Both the position numbers and the translations under genes were made by a program. From contig CAUTVF010000002.1 of assembly GCA_963541805.1 (NCBI GenBank), positions 1 through 36,800 on the forward strand: a stretch of DNA of 36,800 nucleotides, in the 5' to 3' direction. Under the pieces are notes generated by a model, which did no database searches, was not told where the DNA came from, and saw nothing but the letters and a program-made list of their open reading frames with translations. This document shows, piece by piece, positions 16,801 through 24,119 of the stretch; within the stretch, counting starts at the first letter, position 1, and each line of letters begins with the position of its first letter. This DNA is from an uncultured Alphaproteobacteria bacterium (GTDB taxonomy: Bacteria; Pseudomonadota; Alphaproteobacteria; Rs-D84; CASDRH01).

Positions 16801-17258
16801 ACAACTGAATCATAAAAACTTCCAAAATCATCATAATATGTTACGAGAACTTCGCAGCCGTCGTCTTCTACATCAGAAAATGGAATATCGATATATTCGA
16901 ACTTTTCGTTAATTCTATAGTTTAAAAAATCATTGGCAGATGCAAGTAATAATGTTCCTTCTTTAAGTTCAATTTCAATTGAATCTCCAACAGCATTTAC
17001 TTTTTGAACAATATCATCTCCAAAATATGTAAATGTGAGTCCATTTAGATTAAATTGGGTGTGTTTTGGAATTGTAAAAACACCAGTTCTTGTAAATTCA
17101 AGAGTTATTTTTACAATTGCAGATTTTACTTTTGATGCTTCATAACTAAGGATTCTTGCGTCTTGTAAGACATTATCGCGTTTTCTTGCAAGATGAAGTA
17201 TATTTTCATTTATATTGACTGCAGTATTAAAATTAAAAGAACTGAGAGCGTAGCTCAA
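13833..17258 (-). CDS. baseplate wedge protein, gp6 / Baseplate_J-like (large)
   Basis: The N-terminal region LARKRDNVLQDARILSYEASKVKSAIVKITLEF fits the Baseplate_J pattern. The track start is a TTG. The in-frame protein-like sequence continues upstream to 17372. Confidence 0.7.
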   Translation of the reverse strand: MSYALSSFNFNTAVNINENILHLARKRDNVLQDARILSYEASKVKSAIVKITLEFTRTGVFTIPKHTQFNLNGLTFTYFGDDIVQKVNAVGDSIEIELKEGTLLLASANDFLNYRINEKFEYIDIPFSDVEDDGCEVLVTYYDDFGSFYDSVVFKKRSLNLVDIKDNFNNFYIRKDDINTGNCRLYFKIGSYGNSLPNNARIRVNVLRSSGIDGNFDSLNSASINSSNVASFAKIDLTKNTNIFVQRGQNFEDIESIKNNAPLLYNSASRAVTVYDYGAIAKTHNSVEAFKTWGGEDEYPIQKGELYFSIKPKRVRNKIEHFEKEVDLNANTYVYSKVNSSTNTPSNLYNIDSKWNSDIQRYPLISELTSSSVSNGVVYNNGIIDLIDKYNLPALGNNIKNPIYIDTDLRVNVKRYPNNLSQIEVRNQIIETIEEYFKSNSNFDSEFVISNLVRYVDTKLGISNGVEIKPYFSINLNKNNKTQKFEEIKDFRTDNCFYSQKYDDITKNLIVSLNISALSEIGDIITFYFNKTIIIDGVEKKEFKYTITPNDVSSNAKTFYFKDNSVVSDDISVVLRSYSGSSLIAKNINLYNFKNKNIFYSVKTNKETSELKIFTGNYARIGDKIYVYGLYGNQNVPQILKTFTLTYDDIQSGFVIYTDIHRADFAGVVTANSYKVIFESNKVEKGNKNNDLYKNQILGSPKLTEAEARQATQDQNNVFKNFDLDDVYYNIQESGDSKIVNIWVGKKAKVNDTIEITANGETQVVSITQEMLNQKVISVVLRDTKLAVTLATYESQNGASIGIYPAELLKLNRIIPVENDSLGYYNRNLSNITEYNPIKTYDRIPKIKKTELQFFINYENKFDVRNLIYNYATDKGQISVDLPNNSILTYEFPYIILKNYRSPNKTNFTLNYTDSNGVPYSENIDVFVKEAKYDIRIQEGPGGVYIYLDLPPEGIFDSSNKIITDNLPILYEVIHKDFGNIADIKNFSDTKPYFNKIEDSKWESATKEFKSKVTSLVGPDFELNDANIKNLIPYIIDKKELSVINISKVSYIKFPIKDFKTSKIVGVYTIFNGRIPYIRIKLQNSVVNSNRDFILKYPSDNFKLIRNSLLKLRSITFDDLTDYEVLKDFFIDNVDDFIERK

Positions 17259-17386
17259 AATGCTTGTTAATGCAGCAATATTTGATCCGTCATACGGAGC
17301 GTCATATCCGAGTTCTATAAAGCGTTTTGAAATATCTTTATAGATATCATCATTCTTTGATTTTTGCCATTTTTATACTTTTTATT

Positions 17387-17394
17387 TATTTATG
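17387..17394 (-). promoter_or_regulatory. late-promoter-like box CATAAATA upstream of the baseplate operon
   Basis: Lies 16 nt upstream of the ATG at 17370, which is out of frame with the gp6-like ORF. Confidence 0.4.
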
Positions 17395-17430
17395 ATTTTA
17401 ATATTTTAATATTTTAATATTTTAAAAACA

Positions 17431-18081
17431 TTAAATATTATTGGATTTCATATATTTTGCTTTCAATGAATCAAAATATTCATCGTTTACTAGCGTTATA
17501 AAATTCTTTTTAGCACTATTAAAGAAATTGAGAGCCTCGTCTACAATTGCCTTCATTTTAAGTTCATCATCTGTTATTTCGATTTGCGAAATTCCATTTA
17601 GATACATTTGATAAAGTTTTTCATAATTTGTTAATAATTCAGTAACTTTAAGAAATTCTTCTAATTTTTCAGTTAGCGCTTCATCGTCTTTTTCAAGGAT
17701 CTCAATATATTTTTCTTCTCTATTTTCATTTGTAATGAATATTCCATTTGATGCAAAAATATTATTGAGATATTGGTATCGATAATAATTATAACTTGGA
17801 ATAGTTGTAAAAATCTCAGACATTTTTGCAGTTAATGTTTGGAGATATTTTGCGCGTTTAAAATTTCCGCCGTCTCCGATATTTAAACATTCCTTGGTAA
17901 TTTTATCAACATATTTGTAAAATGTTATTGTTTTTTGCTCTGCAAGAAGTTCCAAAATATACACAAATAGATCAGAATCCTCTATTTTTATGGTGCGAGT
18001 ATTCGGAAGTCTTTGGGTATTTGTAATTTGAGCAGAGCAAATTAAATAAAAATCATTTTGCTCCAAAACTGATATATACAT
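17431..18081 (-). CDS. hypothetical protein
   Basis: 216-aa ORF with a helical acidic C-terminal half. No motif recognised. Confidence 0.55.
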   Translation of the reverse strand: MYISVLEQNDFYLICSAQITNTQRLPNTRTIKIEDSDLFVYILELLAEQKTITFYKYVDKITKECLNIGDGGNFKRAKYLQTLTAKMSEIFTTIPSYNYYRYQYLNNIFASNGIFITNENREEKYIEILEKDDEALTEKLEEFLKVTELLTNYEKLYQMYLNGISQIEITDDELKMKAIVDEALNFFNSAKKNFITLVNDEYFDSLKAKYMKSNNI

Positions 18082-18139
18082 TTATTAACCTTTTCTATTA
18101 TTTATTTTTAATTTATTTTAATTCAATTTATATTTTAAT

Positions 18140-18658
18140 TTAATAAACTTTCAACTGGAATTCTATCGTTGCCGAAGACTTCAAATCCCTTGTGTAACAA
18201 ATATTTCTTAAAAATTGGATTTTTAAAATCTTGATTATATGGAAGCAATATGCATTTGCCGGCAATTTCATCATTTTAAACCATTCTAAACACTTGTCAA
18301 AATCCGTTTTAAAATCAATAAAGTTTTCAAAATACTTATGCTCATATCCGTGCATTCCTAATTTAATACCTAATTTTTGCAATTCATAAATCTGATATAA
18401 ATTCATATAATATTGAAAATCGCCTCTAAATGCGTGCTCGTGTGCAAAAGCACAATGAATAGAATCCGGATTTTGATATGTATTTTTATTATAAATTGTT
18501 GCTGTTAAAAATATATAAATTGGCTTTTTAAATTTTAAAAAATGATGCATATTTAAATATTGGGAGTTTAAACAATCATCAAATGTTAAAATATCGAAAT
18601 TACTTAAATCCAATTTAAGAATCGCATTTGTAACTTCGTGAATCATTAGTGTTTTCAT
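18140..18658 (-). CDS. polysaccharide deacetylase (CE4/NodB-type), apparently frameshifted near the 3' end
   Basis: Motifs ILTFDD and HGYEH (HxxxH). The C-terminal 40 aa of the track ORF look non-native. The -1 frame gives LLPYNQDFKNPIFKKYLLHKGFEVFGNDRIPVESLLN, ending at 18135. Confidence 0.6.
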   Translation of the reverse strand: MKTLMIHEVTNAILKLDLSNFDILTFDDCLNSQYLNMHHFLKFKKPIYIFLTATIYNKNTYQNPDSIHCAFAHEHAFRGDFQYYMNLYQIYELQKLGIKLGMHGYEHKYFENFIDFKTDFDKCLEWFKMMKLPANAYCFHIIKILKIQFLRNICYTRDLKSSATIEFQLKVY

Positions 18659-18712
18659 TTTGATATTTTATAATGTTTTAGTTTAATTTTTAAACGGAGA
18701 TTTAATTTTTAA

Positions 18713-18746
18713 GTAGACGTAATGCCTCTTGAATTTAGTTTGATCC
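18713..18746 (-). promoter_or_regulatory. 34-nt conserved upstream motif, copy C (54 nt upstream of ATG 18658)
   Basis: gtagacgtaatgcctcttgaatttagtttgatcc. Confidence 0.6.
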
Positions 18747-18892
18747 TTTTTAATATTTATATTTTATAATATTTTAGTTTACATTTTTTAAAAAATTACT
18801 AATTTTATGCTTCGTATTATAAAAGTAAATTTTTGATTTTTTGATTTTAATACGATTTTTAACCTACGGTTAATAAATTTGCAATTTTAAGC

Positions 18893-18961
18893 GCACCATA
18901 CCAGAAAATTTATTTTTATTATAATAATATTATAATAAAATAAATTTAAATTCCGGTTCGC
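18893..18961. repeat. core long palindrome, copy 4, flanked by ~43-nt inverted arms (18851-19008)
   Basis: gcaccataccagaaaattt...ataataatattataataaaa...ttccggttcgc. Arms: tacgatttttaacctacggtta... and ...aaccttcggttaaaaatcgta. Confidence 0.7.
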
Positions 18962-19115
18962 TTAAAAATTACGAATCTAAACCTTCGGTTAAAAATCGTA
19001 AAATTTTGTATTTTATAAAATCTCGATTACAAAATTATAAAAAATTCAAAATCTTAATCATTTTACATCCAAATGTTAAATTATTAATTTTTTGCAACTT
19101 TAATATGATATAATT

Positions 19116-19149
19116 GGATCAAACTAAATTCAAGAGGCACTACGTTTAC
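19116..19149 (+). promoter_or_regulatory. 34-nt conserved upstream motif, copy D, inverted (56 nt upstream of ATG 19206)
   Basis: ggatcaaactaaattcaagaggcactacgtttac, the reverse complement of the other copies. It faces the plus-strand spike gene. Confidence 0.6.
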
Positions 19150-19181
19150 TCGATTTTTAATACTTAAATCTTTGTTTAAAA

Positions 19182-19189
19182 TATAAATA
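19182..19189 (+). promoter_or_regulatory. T4-type late promoter box TATAAATA upstream of the spike gene
   Basis: Exact TATAAATA, 16 nt before ATG 19206. Confidence 0.5.
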
Positions 19190-19205
19190 TTTAAAAAGCT
19201 TAAAA

Positions 19206-20192
19206 ATGTCAAATAAATCAGAATCTCAATTTCATCCATCCGGTCGATTGCTTCGCGGATTTGTTGTCGCAAATAATGATCCAAAGCATCAAGGCAGAGT
19301 CCAAGTCAGAATCCCAGAGCTCCACGGATTTGATTCAAATGCTTTAAATTCAGAAACTCAAGGAAATTCTACTGGTAATTATAAAGTTTTTGAAACTGAT
19401 TCAACAAATTCAAATTCAAACAAATCAGATTTCATAGAAACAGCAAATTTGCCGTGGGCACAAGTTCTGATGCCAATGGACTTTATTGGATTTCAAAAAG
19501 CTCCACAAGACGCAAAAGAAATTAAATCAGAAAAATTATCAGGAACTGAAAAAAATACTGAATTATATAGATCAATTTCGAGAGAGGGTGAAAGACGAGG
19601 GGGTTTTGGTAAGAATATTGTTTTAAATCCCGGAACATATGTTTGGATTCAGCAACTCGGAGGATCTGATAATGATTTGCTAGTTCTTGGAACATATGCA
19701 TCAGAAAATGAATTCTCAAATCTCACAAAACCAACCGGAGAAAATCCATCAAATAGCTGTGTCTATGATTCAATAACTGGTCATTATTATACTTTTGATG
19801 ACGCAACTGGAGATATCTTAATCCACAATAGATCGGGAACTCAATTCAGATGGGATTCAAACGGCAATTCATATAATGATGTTGTTGCAAATAAAAATAC
19901 TTCGGTTCAGGGCAACGAGATTTATCACATTGATGGATCAAATACTTTTAGAATCGGATCAACAAATACTGGCCTCGTTGAGGCAGATCAAAATATTACA
20001 GTAAAAGCAAATGATACTTTAAATGTTGAAAGCAATCAAAACGTTACAATTAAAGGCAATAAAACTGATAAAATATCCGGGAGTGAGAATATTGAAGTTT
20101 CTGGATCTACTACAATAAAAACGGGAGGTTCCCGAAATGATAATACTTCAGGAACCCATAAAATAACCGCTTCTGTGATTTATTTAAATTAA
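19206..20192 (+). CDS. baseplate central spike, gp5/VgrG-like (OB-fold N-domain plus C-terminal beta-helix, no lysozyme domain seen)
   Basis: GFVVANNDPKHQGRVQVRIPELHG (gp5 OB-domain signature). The C-terminal repeats are beta-helix-like: VQGNEIYHIDGSNTFRIGS..ITVKANDTLNVESNQNVTIKGNKTDKISGSENIEVSGSTTIKTGG. Confidence 0.75.
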   Translation: MSNKSESQFHPSGRLLRGFVVANNDPKHQGRVQVRIPELHGFDSNALNSETQGNSTGNYKVFETDSTNSNSNKSDFIETANLPWAQVLMPMDFIGFQKAPQDAKEIKSEKLSGTEKNTELYRSISREGERRGGFGKNIVLNPGTYVWIQQLGGSDNDLLVLGTYASENEFSNLTKPTGENPSNSCVYDSITGHYYTFDDATGDILIHNRSGTQFRWDSNGNSYNDVVANKNTSVQGNEIYHIDGSNTFRIGSTNTGLVEADQNITVKANDTLNVESNQNVTIKGNKTDKISGSENIEVSGSTTIKTGGSRNDNTSGTHKITASVIYLN

Positions 20193-20215
20193 AAATTAAA
20201 AAAAAAATCATAAAA

Positions 20216-20230
20216 TTACATTAAATGTAA
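20216..20230. terminator. 16-nt palindrome family, copy 4 (TTACATTAAATGTAA) between convergent genes; bidirectional terminator candidate
   Basis: Extended arms atcataaaattacat / atgtaaagttatgat, followed by TTTTTT. Lies between stops 20192 (+) and 20261 (-). Confidence 0.5.
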
Positions 20231-20260
20231 AGTTATGATTTTTTAAATATATAACAAAAA

Positions 20261-20551
20261 TTAAGAATATTTTAAAATATTACTACTTAAGAATCCAAGC
20301 TTATTTTCAAACCAAACATCCATTGTTTCAGGTTTAAAATCAACAAAATCGCCGGAATCAACAAACTTAACTTTTGCAACATTATATGCAGGAATAAAGA
20401 ATGAATCATCATATGCTTGAAATCCATATGCATCTCCACATCCACTTCCATCGTCAGTATAGATATAAAGTCCTGCAGGATCTTTGCCTAGATCAACAAT
20501 TTTGCCATTCTTGAGTTCAACAGCAGTCACATAATCTTCATAATACATCAT
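20261..20551 (-). CDS. hypothetical protein
   Basis: 96-aa ORF with an SD-like GAAAGGAAT upstream. No motif recognised. Confidence 0.5.
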   Translation of the reverse strand: MMYYEDYVTAVELKNGKIVDLGKDPAGLYIYTDDGSGCGDAYGFQAYDDSFFIPAYNVAKVKFVDSGDFVDFKPETMDVWFENKLGFLSSNILKYS

Positions 20552-20629
20552 TTTGAATTCCTTTCTCTTTTGATATTATTATATATAAAAACAACTGAAA
20601 AATTAATTAAAACTACAAATATCGTAATT

Positions 20630-20645
20630 TTACATTTAAATGTAA
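20630..20645. repeat. 16-nt palindrome, copy 5 (exact), with CGTAA/TTACG outer arms (20622-20654)
   Basis: atcgtaattttacatttaaatgtaattttacgat. Confidence 0.65.
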
Positions 20646-20676
20646 TTTTACGATATTTAATATTATATAAAATCTC

Positions 20677-21252
20677 TTAAATATATAAATGATTATAAAT
20701 TAATTTTTTTATAAGCAAATCGGTAACTTTATTTCTAGTTTCAGAATCTAATCGCTCACTTACATAATAATGAACTATTTCGTTTTCAAGAAAACTGAAC
20801 TTAAATGGGTGATCGTGAATCTCCGTTAATTTTGTTGATCCAAATACAGTAAAATCAACTCTTTCTAATTTTGAATCATTAACATCTGCAGAACATCTGC
20901 AAAATGAAACTTTATCTAAATTACAAACTTCTTTTACAAACGGTTCCAGTAAATTTCTAAATTTAAAATCAATTTTAAATAAATCCTTTAGAAACTTTTC
21001 AGCAACTTCTCGATCGACTCCAATAAAAACATATTGCTCAGAATCATCATTACCATATATAGTAAAAGTATCGTTCGATGTTCGCGAAAATGCGCGAAAA
21101 ATTCCCCCAGATATGACGTGTTCGGAACGTTCGGTTCGTTTTGTTTCGAACTTATTTGAATAGCAATAAAATATGTGTAAATTACATACTTCAAGATCAT
21201 AAGAATCGGCAGCTTCAACAACTGTGGAATTAATCAATTTTTGTAAATACAT
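20677..21252 (-). CDS. hypothetical protein; first gene behind a promoter cassette
   Basis: 191-aa ORF with SD GAAAGGAT and the conserved leader. Confidence 0.55.
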   Translation of the reverse strand: MYLQKLINSTVVEAADSYDLEVCNLHIFYCYSNKFETKRTERSEHVISGGIFRAFSRTSNDTFTIYGNDDSEQYVFIGVDREVAEKFLKDLFKIDFKFRNLLEPFVKEVCNLDKVSFCRCSADVNDSKLERVDFTVFGSTKLTEIHDHPFKFSFLENEIVHYYVSERLDSETRNKVTDLLIKKLIYNHLYI

Positions 21253-21309
21253 TTTACATCCTTTCTTTTTATTAGAATTATATAATTTTTAAACTGAATT
21301 TTCACGTAA
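21253..21309 (-). promoter_or_regulatory. conserved promoter and leader cassette, copy 2
   Basis: Minus-sense sequence: ttacgtgaaaattcagtttaaaaattatataattctaataaaaagaaaggatgtaaaATG. The -10 box is at 21277-21282. Confidence 0.5.
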
Positions 21310-21341
21310 TCTAAAACGGAGATTTGAAATTAGATTTTTAA

Positions 21342-21375
21342 GTAGACGTAATGCCTCCAAGATTTAGTTTGATCC
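21342..21375 (-). promoter_or_regulatory. 34-nt conserved upstream motif, copy E (89 nt upstream of ATG 21252)
   Basis: gtagacgtaatgcctccaagatttagtttgatcc. Confidence 0.6.
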
Positions 21376-21470
21376 TAATTATATCATATCAAGGTTTACT
21401 AATTTTATGCTTCGCATTATAAAAGTTAATTTTTTGAATTTTTTGTCAACGAATACAAAAAATTAATAAT

Positions 21471-21486
21471 TTAACATTTGAATGTA
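21471..21486. repeat. 16-nt palindrome family, copy 6 (TAACATTTGAATGTAA)
   Basis: Two mismatches. Lies inside the 21253-21650 cassette. Confidence 0.45.
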
Positions 21487-21519
21487 AAATGATTTGGATT
21501 TTGAATTTTTAAGCAACGA

Positions 21520-21600
21520 TTTATAAAAAATTTTTGTTTGTATATATAAATTTATATAATAAAAATTTTTTATGGTGCTGCAAATAAACCTACGGTTAAG
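21520..21600. repeat. degenerate, inverted copy of the core palindrome module
   Basis: tatatataaatttatataataaaaattttttatggtgctgc...aacctacggtt. GGTGC is on the opposite strand relative to the other copies. Confidence 0.45.
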
Positions 21601-21616
21601 AATTTAGAATATTAAA

Positions 21617-21643
21617 AAACTCCCTTTAAAATCAAGGGAGTTT
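21617..21643 (-). terminator. rho-independent terminator after the tail sheath gene
   Basis: Minus-sense sequence: AAACTCCCTT-gatttta-AAGGGAGTTT followed by TTTAATATT. 10-bp stem with GC pairs, immediately after stop 21651. Confidence 0.7.
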
Positions 21644-21650
21644 ATAGAAG

Positions 21651-23462
21651 TTATTTTGAAGTAGTTACTTCGAAGTTGTTTGTTCCAAAGTTTGTAAATC
21701 TTAAGTGGATAAACTCAGCTACATAAGTTGGCTGAATAAAGATATCACAAACAAGCCAGTTAGTTGCAATAATTTGCGGAGTATTATTAGTTTCATCACA
21801 AATAATTTGATAGTTTTGAATTCCTCGGCCAGCTTTAATTTCTGCTAAAAACGGTTTAATAGTAGAAACAAGTTGATTTCGAGTAAAACTATCATTAAAT
21901 TCGAATAAACTATATTTACTCATATTACCCAAACTTCGCTCTAAGTGATTAAACAACGAAACGACGTTAATTCTATCAAAACTCGAAGCTTTGGTCTGAG
22001 CAGTTTTTTGTCCCCATATTACGGCACCAGTATTTGGGAATATAACAATTGGGTTTACACCATTTTTATATAGTGTGTCTCTCATTGCATTAGTTGGACT
22101 ATATGCAAGTTTTGAGCAATTTTTAATATTTCCTCTATTTAGACCTGCCGGAGCATACCAGTTTGCATAATCCTGATTAGTTTGCGCTTTAATTCCAGCA
22201 ACATCGCCCGCAAGATTTAGCCATTTATAAGTTCCAAGTTTTGCACAATATTGATATTTGTAGTTATTATAAAGCGCTATATACTTAGAATCAACATTTA
22301 GACTTCGTCTCCATTTGATTGTATTTTCATTTGCAATCGATGATTTGAAGCCAACGGAATTTGATTTCGGCGCGCCAACATAAGCGATGCAATCTTTTCG
22401 GTGAAGTGCTAAATTAATAGCAGCAGCTGGATGAAGCTCATTTGCAATAATGATATCGACATCGATTTCCTCTTTATTATCAAATATTGAATATGCGTCT
22501 TCAATATCGTCTTTTTGAGGATTTGATAGCGTTCCGTTTGTTAATTTAACAATACCATTATCGAATTCGCCAACAACATAATTATTATTGCTATCAAGAG
22601 TCAACAAACAGCTTGTGATTGTATCCTCAAGATTTTTATTAACATTGACTAAAATATAATCAGATTTTTGATTAATTGCAGTTTCGATATAAATAAATTC
22701 ATTTTTATCATTTTTTGCAAGTTCATCAAAACTAACAATAAATTGCTCAACAATTTGATTTTTAAACATTACAATAACTGCAAATTGTTTTCCGTATGGT
22801 AAATAATCAAATTGATTGTCTAGCGGAATTCCTGGTGCAATATATTTACCCTTATTGAAATCCTCAGGTTTTGCAATAGCAACATCAATTGCATTACCCC
22901 AGCTTCCTGGAGTCTTTGCAAAAAATTTAAGTTTTGCATCGCTATGAATAAACGGTTTTGAATCCTTAATTTCATCAAAAGCAGAATAATTAGGGATTGT
23001 ATGGTCGCCTTTTTCATAATCCAAGAAATTATACGCATCAAGCAATTTTTTATAGGATGCTTCAGCAGTTGCTGATTTAGTTGCATCAACGCGATAAATT
23101 GGCGCTTCTTTTGGAGCACTAATTAATTTTTCACTATCTTCAGTATTTTGATAAAAGATATTTGTATACGTAATTCCATTAATTACAACAACCTCGAGAC
23201 CAGTAATTCTAAATTTTGGAGCAGTATTATCATTTTCAAATGTAATTACATCGCCGATTTTTAGATTTTCATCGGATCCTTTTAGACTCGCTATATATGG
23301 AGAATTAGGTTGTTTTTTTCCTTCAATTTTATAAAAAAGAGAAGTTGAATCGACTAAAGTTGGTGACTTTGTTAGAGTCACCTTAGTCATTTCTTTTGTA
23401 ATTTTTTCCGGAATTGTATACGGTAATTTAGGAGTAGGCCCTAAATATGTTACAAAAGCCAT
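21651..23462 (-). CDS. gp18: tail sheath protein, main body (equivalent to T4 gp18 from about residue 95 to the C-terminus)
   Basis: Matches to T4 gp18 as I recall it: FFAKTPGSWGNAIDVAIAKP vs ALYPGELGDKIEIEIVSK; YKYQY; NPIVIFPNTGAVIWGQKTA; FDRINVVSLFNHLE; FEFNDSFTRN; ICDETNNTP. I use the internal ATG at 23462 (SD AAGGAA), not the overlapping 23561 start. Confidence 0.9.
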   Translation of the reverse strand: MAFVTYLGPTPKLPYTIPEKITKEMTKVTLTKSPTLVDSTSLFYKIEGKKQPNSPYIASLKGSDENLKIGDVITFENDNTAPKFRITGLEVVVINGITYTNIFYQNTEDSEKLISAPKEAPIYRVDATKSATAEASYKKLLDAYNFLDYEKGDHTIPNYSAFDEIKDSKPFIHSDAKLKFFAKTPGSWGNAIDVAIAKPEDFNKGKYIAPGIPLDNQFDYLPYGKQFAVIVMFKNQIVEQFIVSFDELAKNDKNEFIYIETAINQKSDYILVNVNKNLEDTITSCLLTLDSNNNYVVGEFDNGIVKLTNGTLSNPQKDDIEDAYSIFDNKEEIDVDIIIANELHPAAAINLALHRKDCIAYVGAPKSNSVGFKSSIANENTIKWRRSLNVDSKYIALYNNYKYQYCAKLGTYKWLNLAGDVAGIKAQTNQDYANWYAPAGLNRGNIKNCSKLAYSPTNAMRDTLYKNGVNPIVIFPNTGAVIWGQKTAQTKASSFDRINVVSLFNHLERSLGNMSKYSLFEFNDSFTRNQLVSTIKPFLAEIKAGRGIQNYQIICDETNNTPQIIATNWLVCDIFIQPTYVAEFIHLRFTNFGTNNFEVTTSK

Positions 23463-23463
23463 T

Positions 23464-23805
23464 TTAAATTCCTTGTTTAATTTCAAAATATAAAGGAACA
23501 TCGACTTCTGAATCTTCGTATCCTTTACTTGAAAGTTTAAGTGTAATGTTGACAGAATCAATTATTCCAATTTCTGGCTCTCCCGGAATTTTTTTAACTC
23601 TAATTTCTAGACAAAGTTCATCAGTTGAAAATTCCTCATTTTTTACAATGGTAAACCATTTTTTTGATTCAGCCTCAACAAAATCAACGTTGATATATTC
23701 CGGTCTTTTATTCTCTAATTTACATTTAAGAAAAAGTAAATCTCCAAATCGAACGGATGATTCGCCAAGATTAAATTCTAAATAAACACCGGGAGCAGAA
23801 GGCAT
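23464..23805 (-). CDS. small Ig-like-domain protein with a sheath-type N-terminal PGVY motif
   Basis: Begins MPSAPGVYLEF. Its C-terminal block TLKLSSKGYEDSEVDVPLYFEI is shared with 23817-24119 and with domains of the 535-aa ORF. Has its own SD, AAGGA. Confidence 0.55.
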   Translation of the reverse strand: MPSAPGVYLEFNLGESSVRFGDLLFLKCKLENKRPEYINVDFVEAESKKWFTIVKNEEFSTDELCLEIRVKKIPGEPEIGIIDSVNITLKLSSKGYEDSEVDVPLYFEIKQGI

Positions 23806-23816
23806 AATTAAAATCC

Positions 23817-24119
23817 TTACTCGACAACAGTTAGTTCAAGAGTTTTTACAATCTCGGACTTCTCATAACCATCCGCAGATACCTCAAATGTTAATTTGTT
23901 GTCATTTGCGTGATTAAATGCAGTATAGTGGCCTGGAGTTCCAAGAAGCTCAAACTTTAGAACAATATTATCAGCTGTTGAGCTAGCATCCTTTGAAATT
24001 TTTAGCAAAGTATCAATATTTGAACCTTTGTATTCAACTTTTGCATTTGCTGGAACTTTATCAGAAACTGCACATTTCAACTTATCTCCGTGTCTTAGAT
24101 CAAACTTATAGTCTGCCAT
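23817..24119 (-). CDS. small Ig-like-domain protein
   Basis: The block TFEVSADGYEKSEIVKTLELTV parallels the domain ends of neighbouring ORFs. TAATG coupling to the upstream gene; own SD AAAGGA. Confidence 0.55.
   Translation of the reverse strand: MADYKFDLRHGDKLKCAVSDKVPANAKVEYKGSNIDTLLKISKDASSTADNIVLKFELLGTPGHYTAFNHANDNKLTFEVSADGYEKSEIVKTLELTVVE

Noticed and set aside
18268-18283. Programmed -1 ribosomal frameshift in the deacetylase gene
   Set aside because: The zero-frame codons TGG TTT AAA ATG do not form an X_XXY_YYZ slippery heptamer, because re-pairing in the -1 frame would be GTT TAA. No downstream stem-loop is evident. A homopolymer indel is the simpler explanation.
23463-23561. 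N-terminal 33-codon extension of the sheath ORF (track start 23561), and the similar 27-codon extension of ORF 25833-26561
   Set aside because: The extensions overlap the upstream gene or run into promoter DNA, are hydrophobic low-complexity sequence, and lack an SD. The internal ATGs at 23462 and 25914 have AAGGAA and AAAGAG SDs and sit right after the preceding stop or promoter box.
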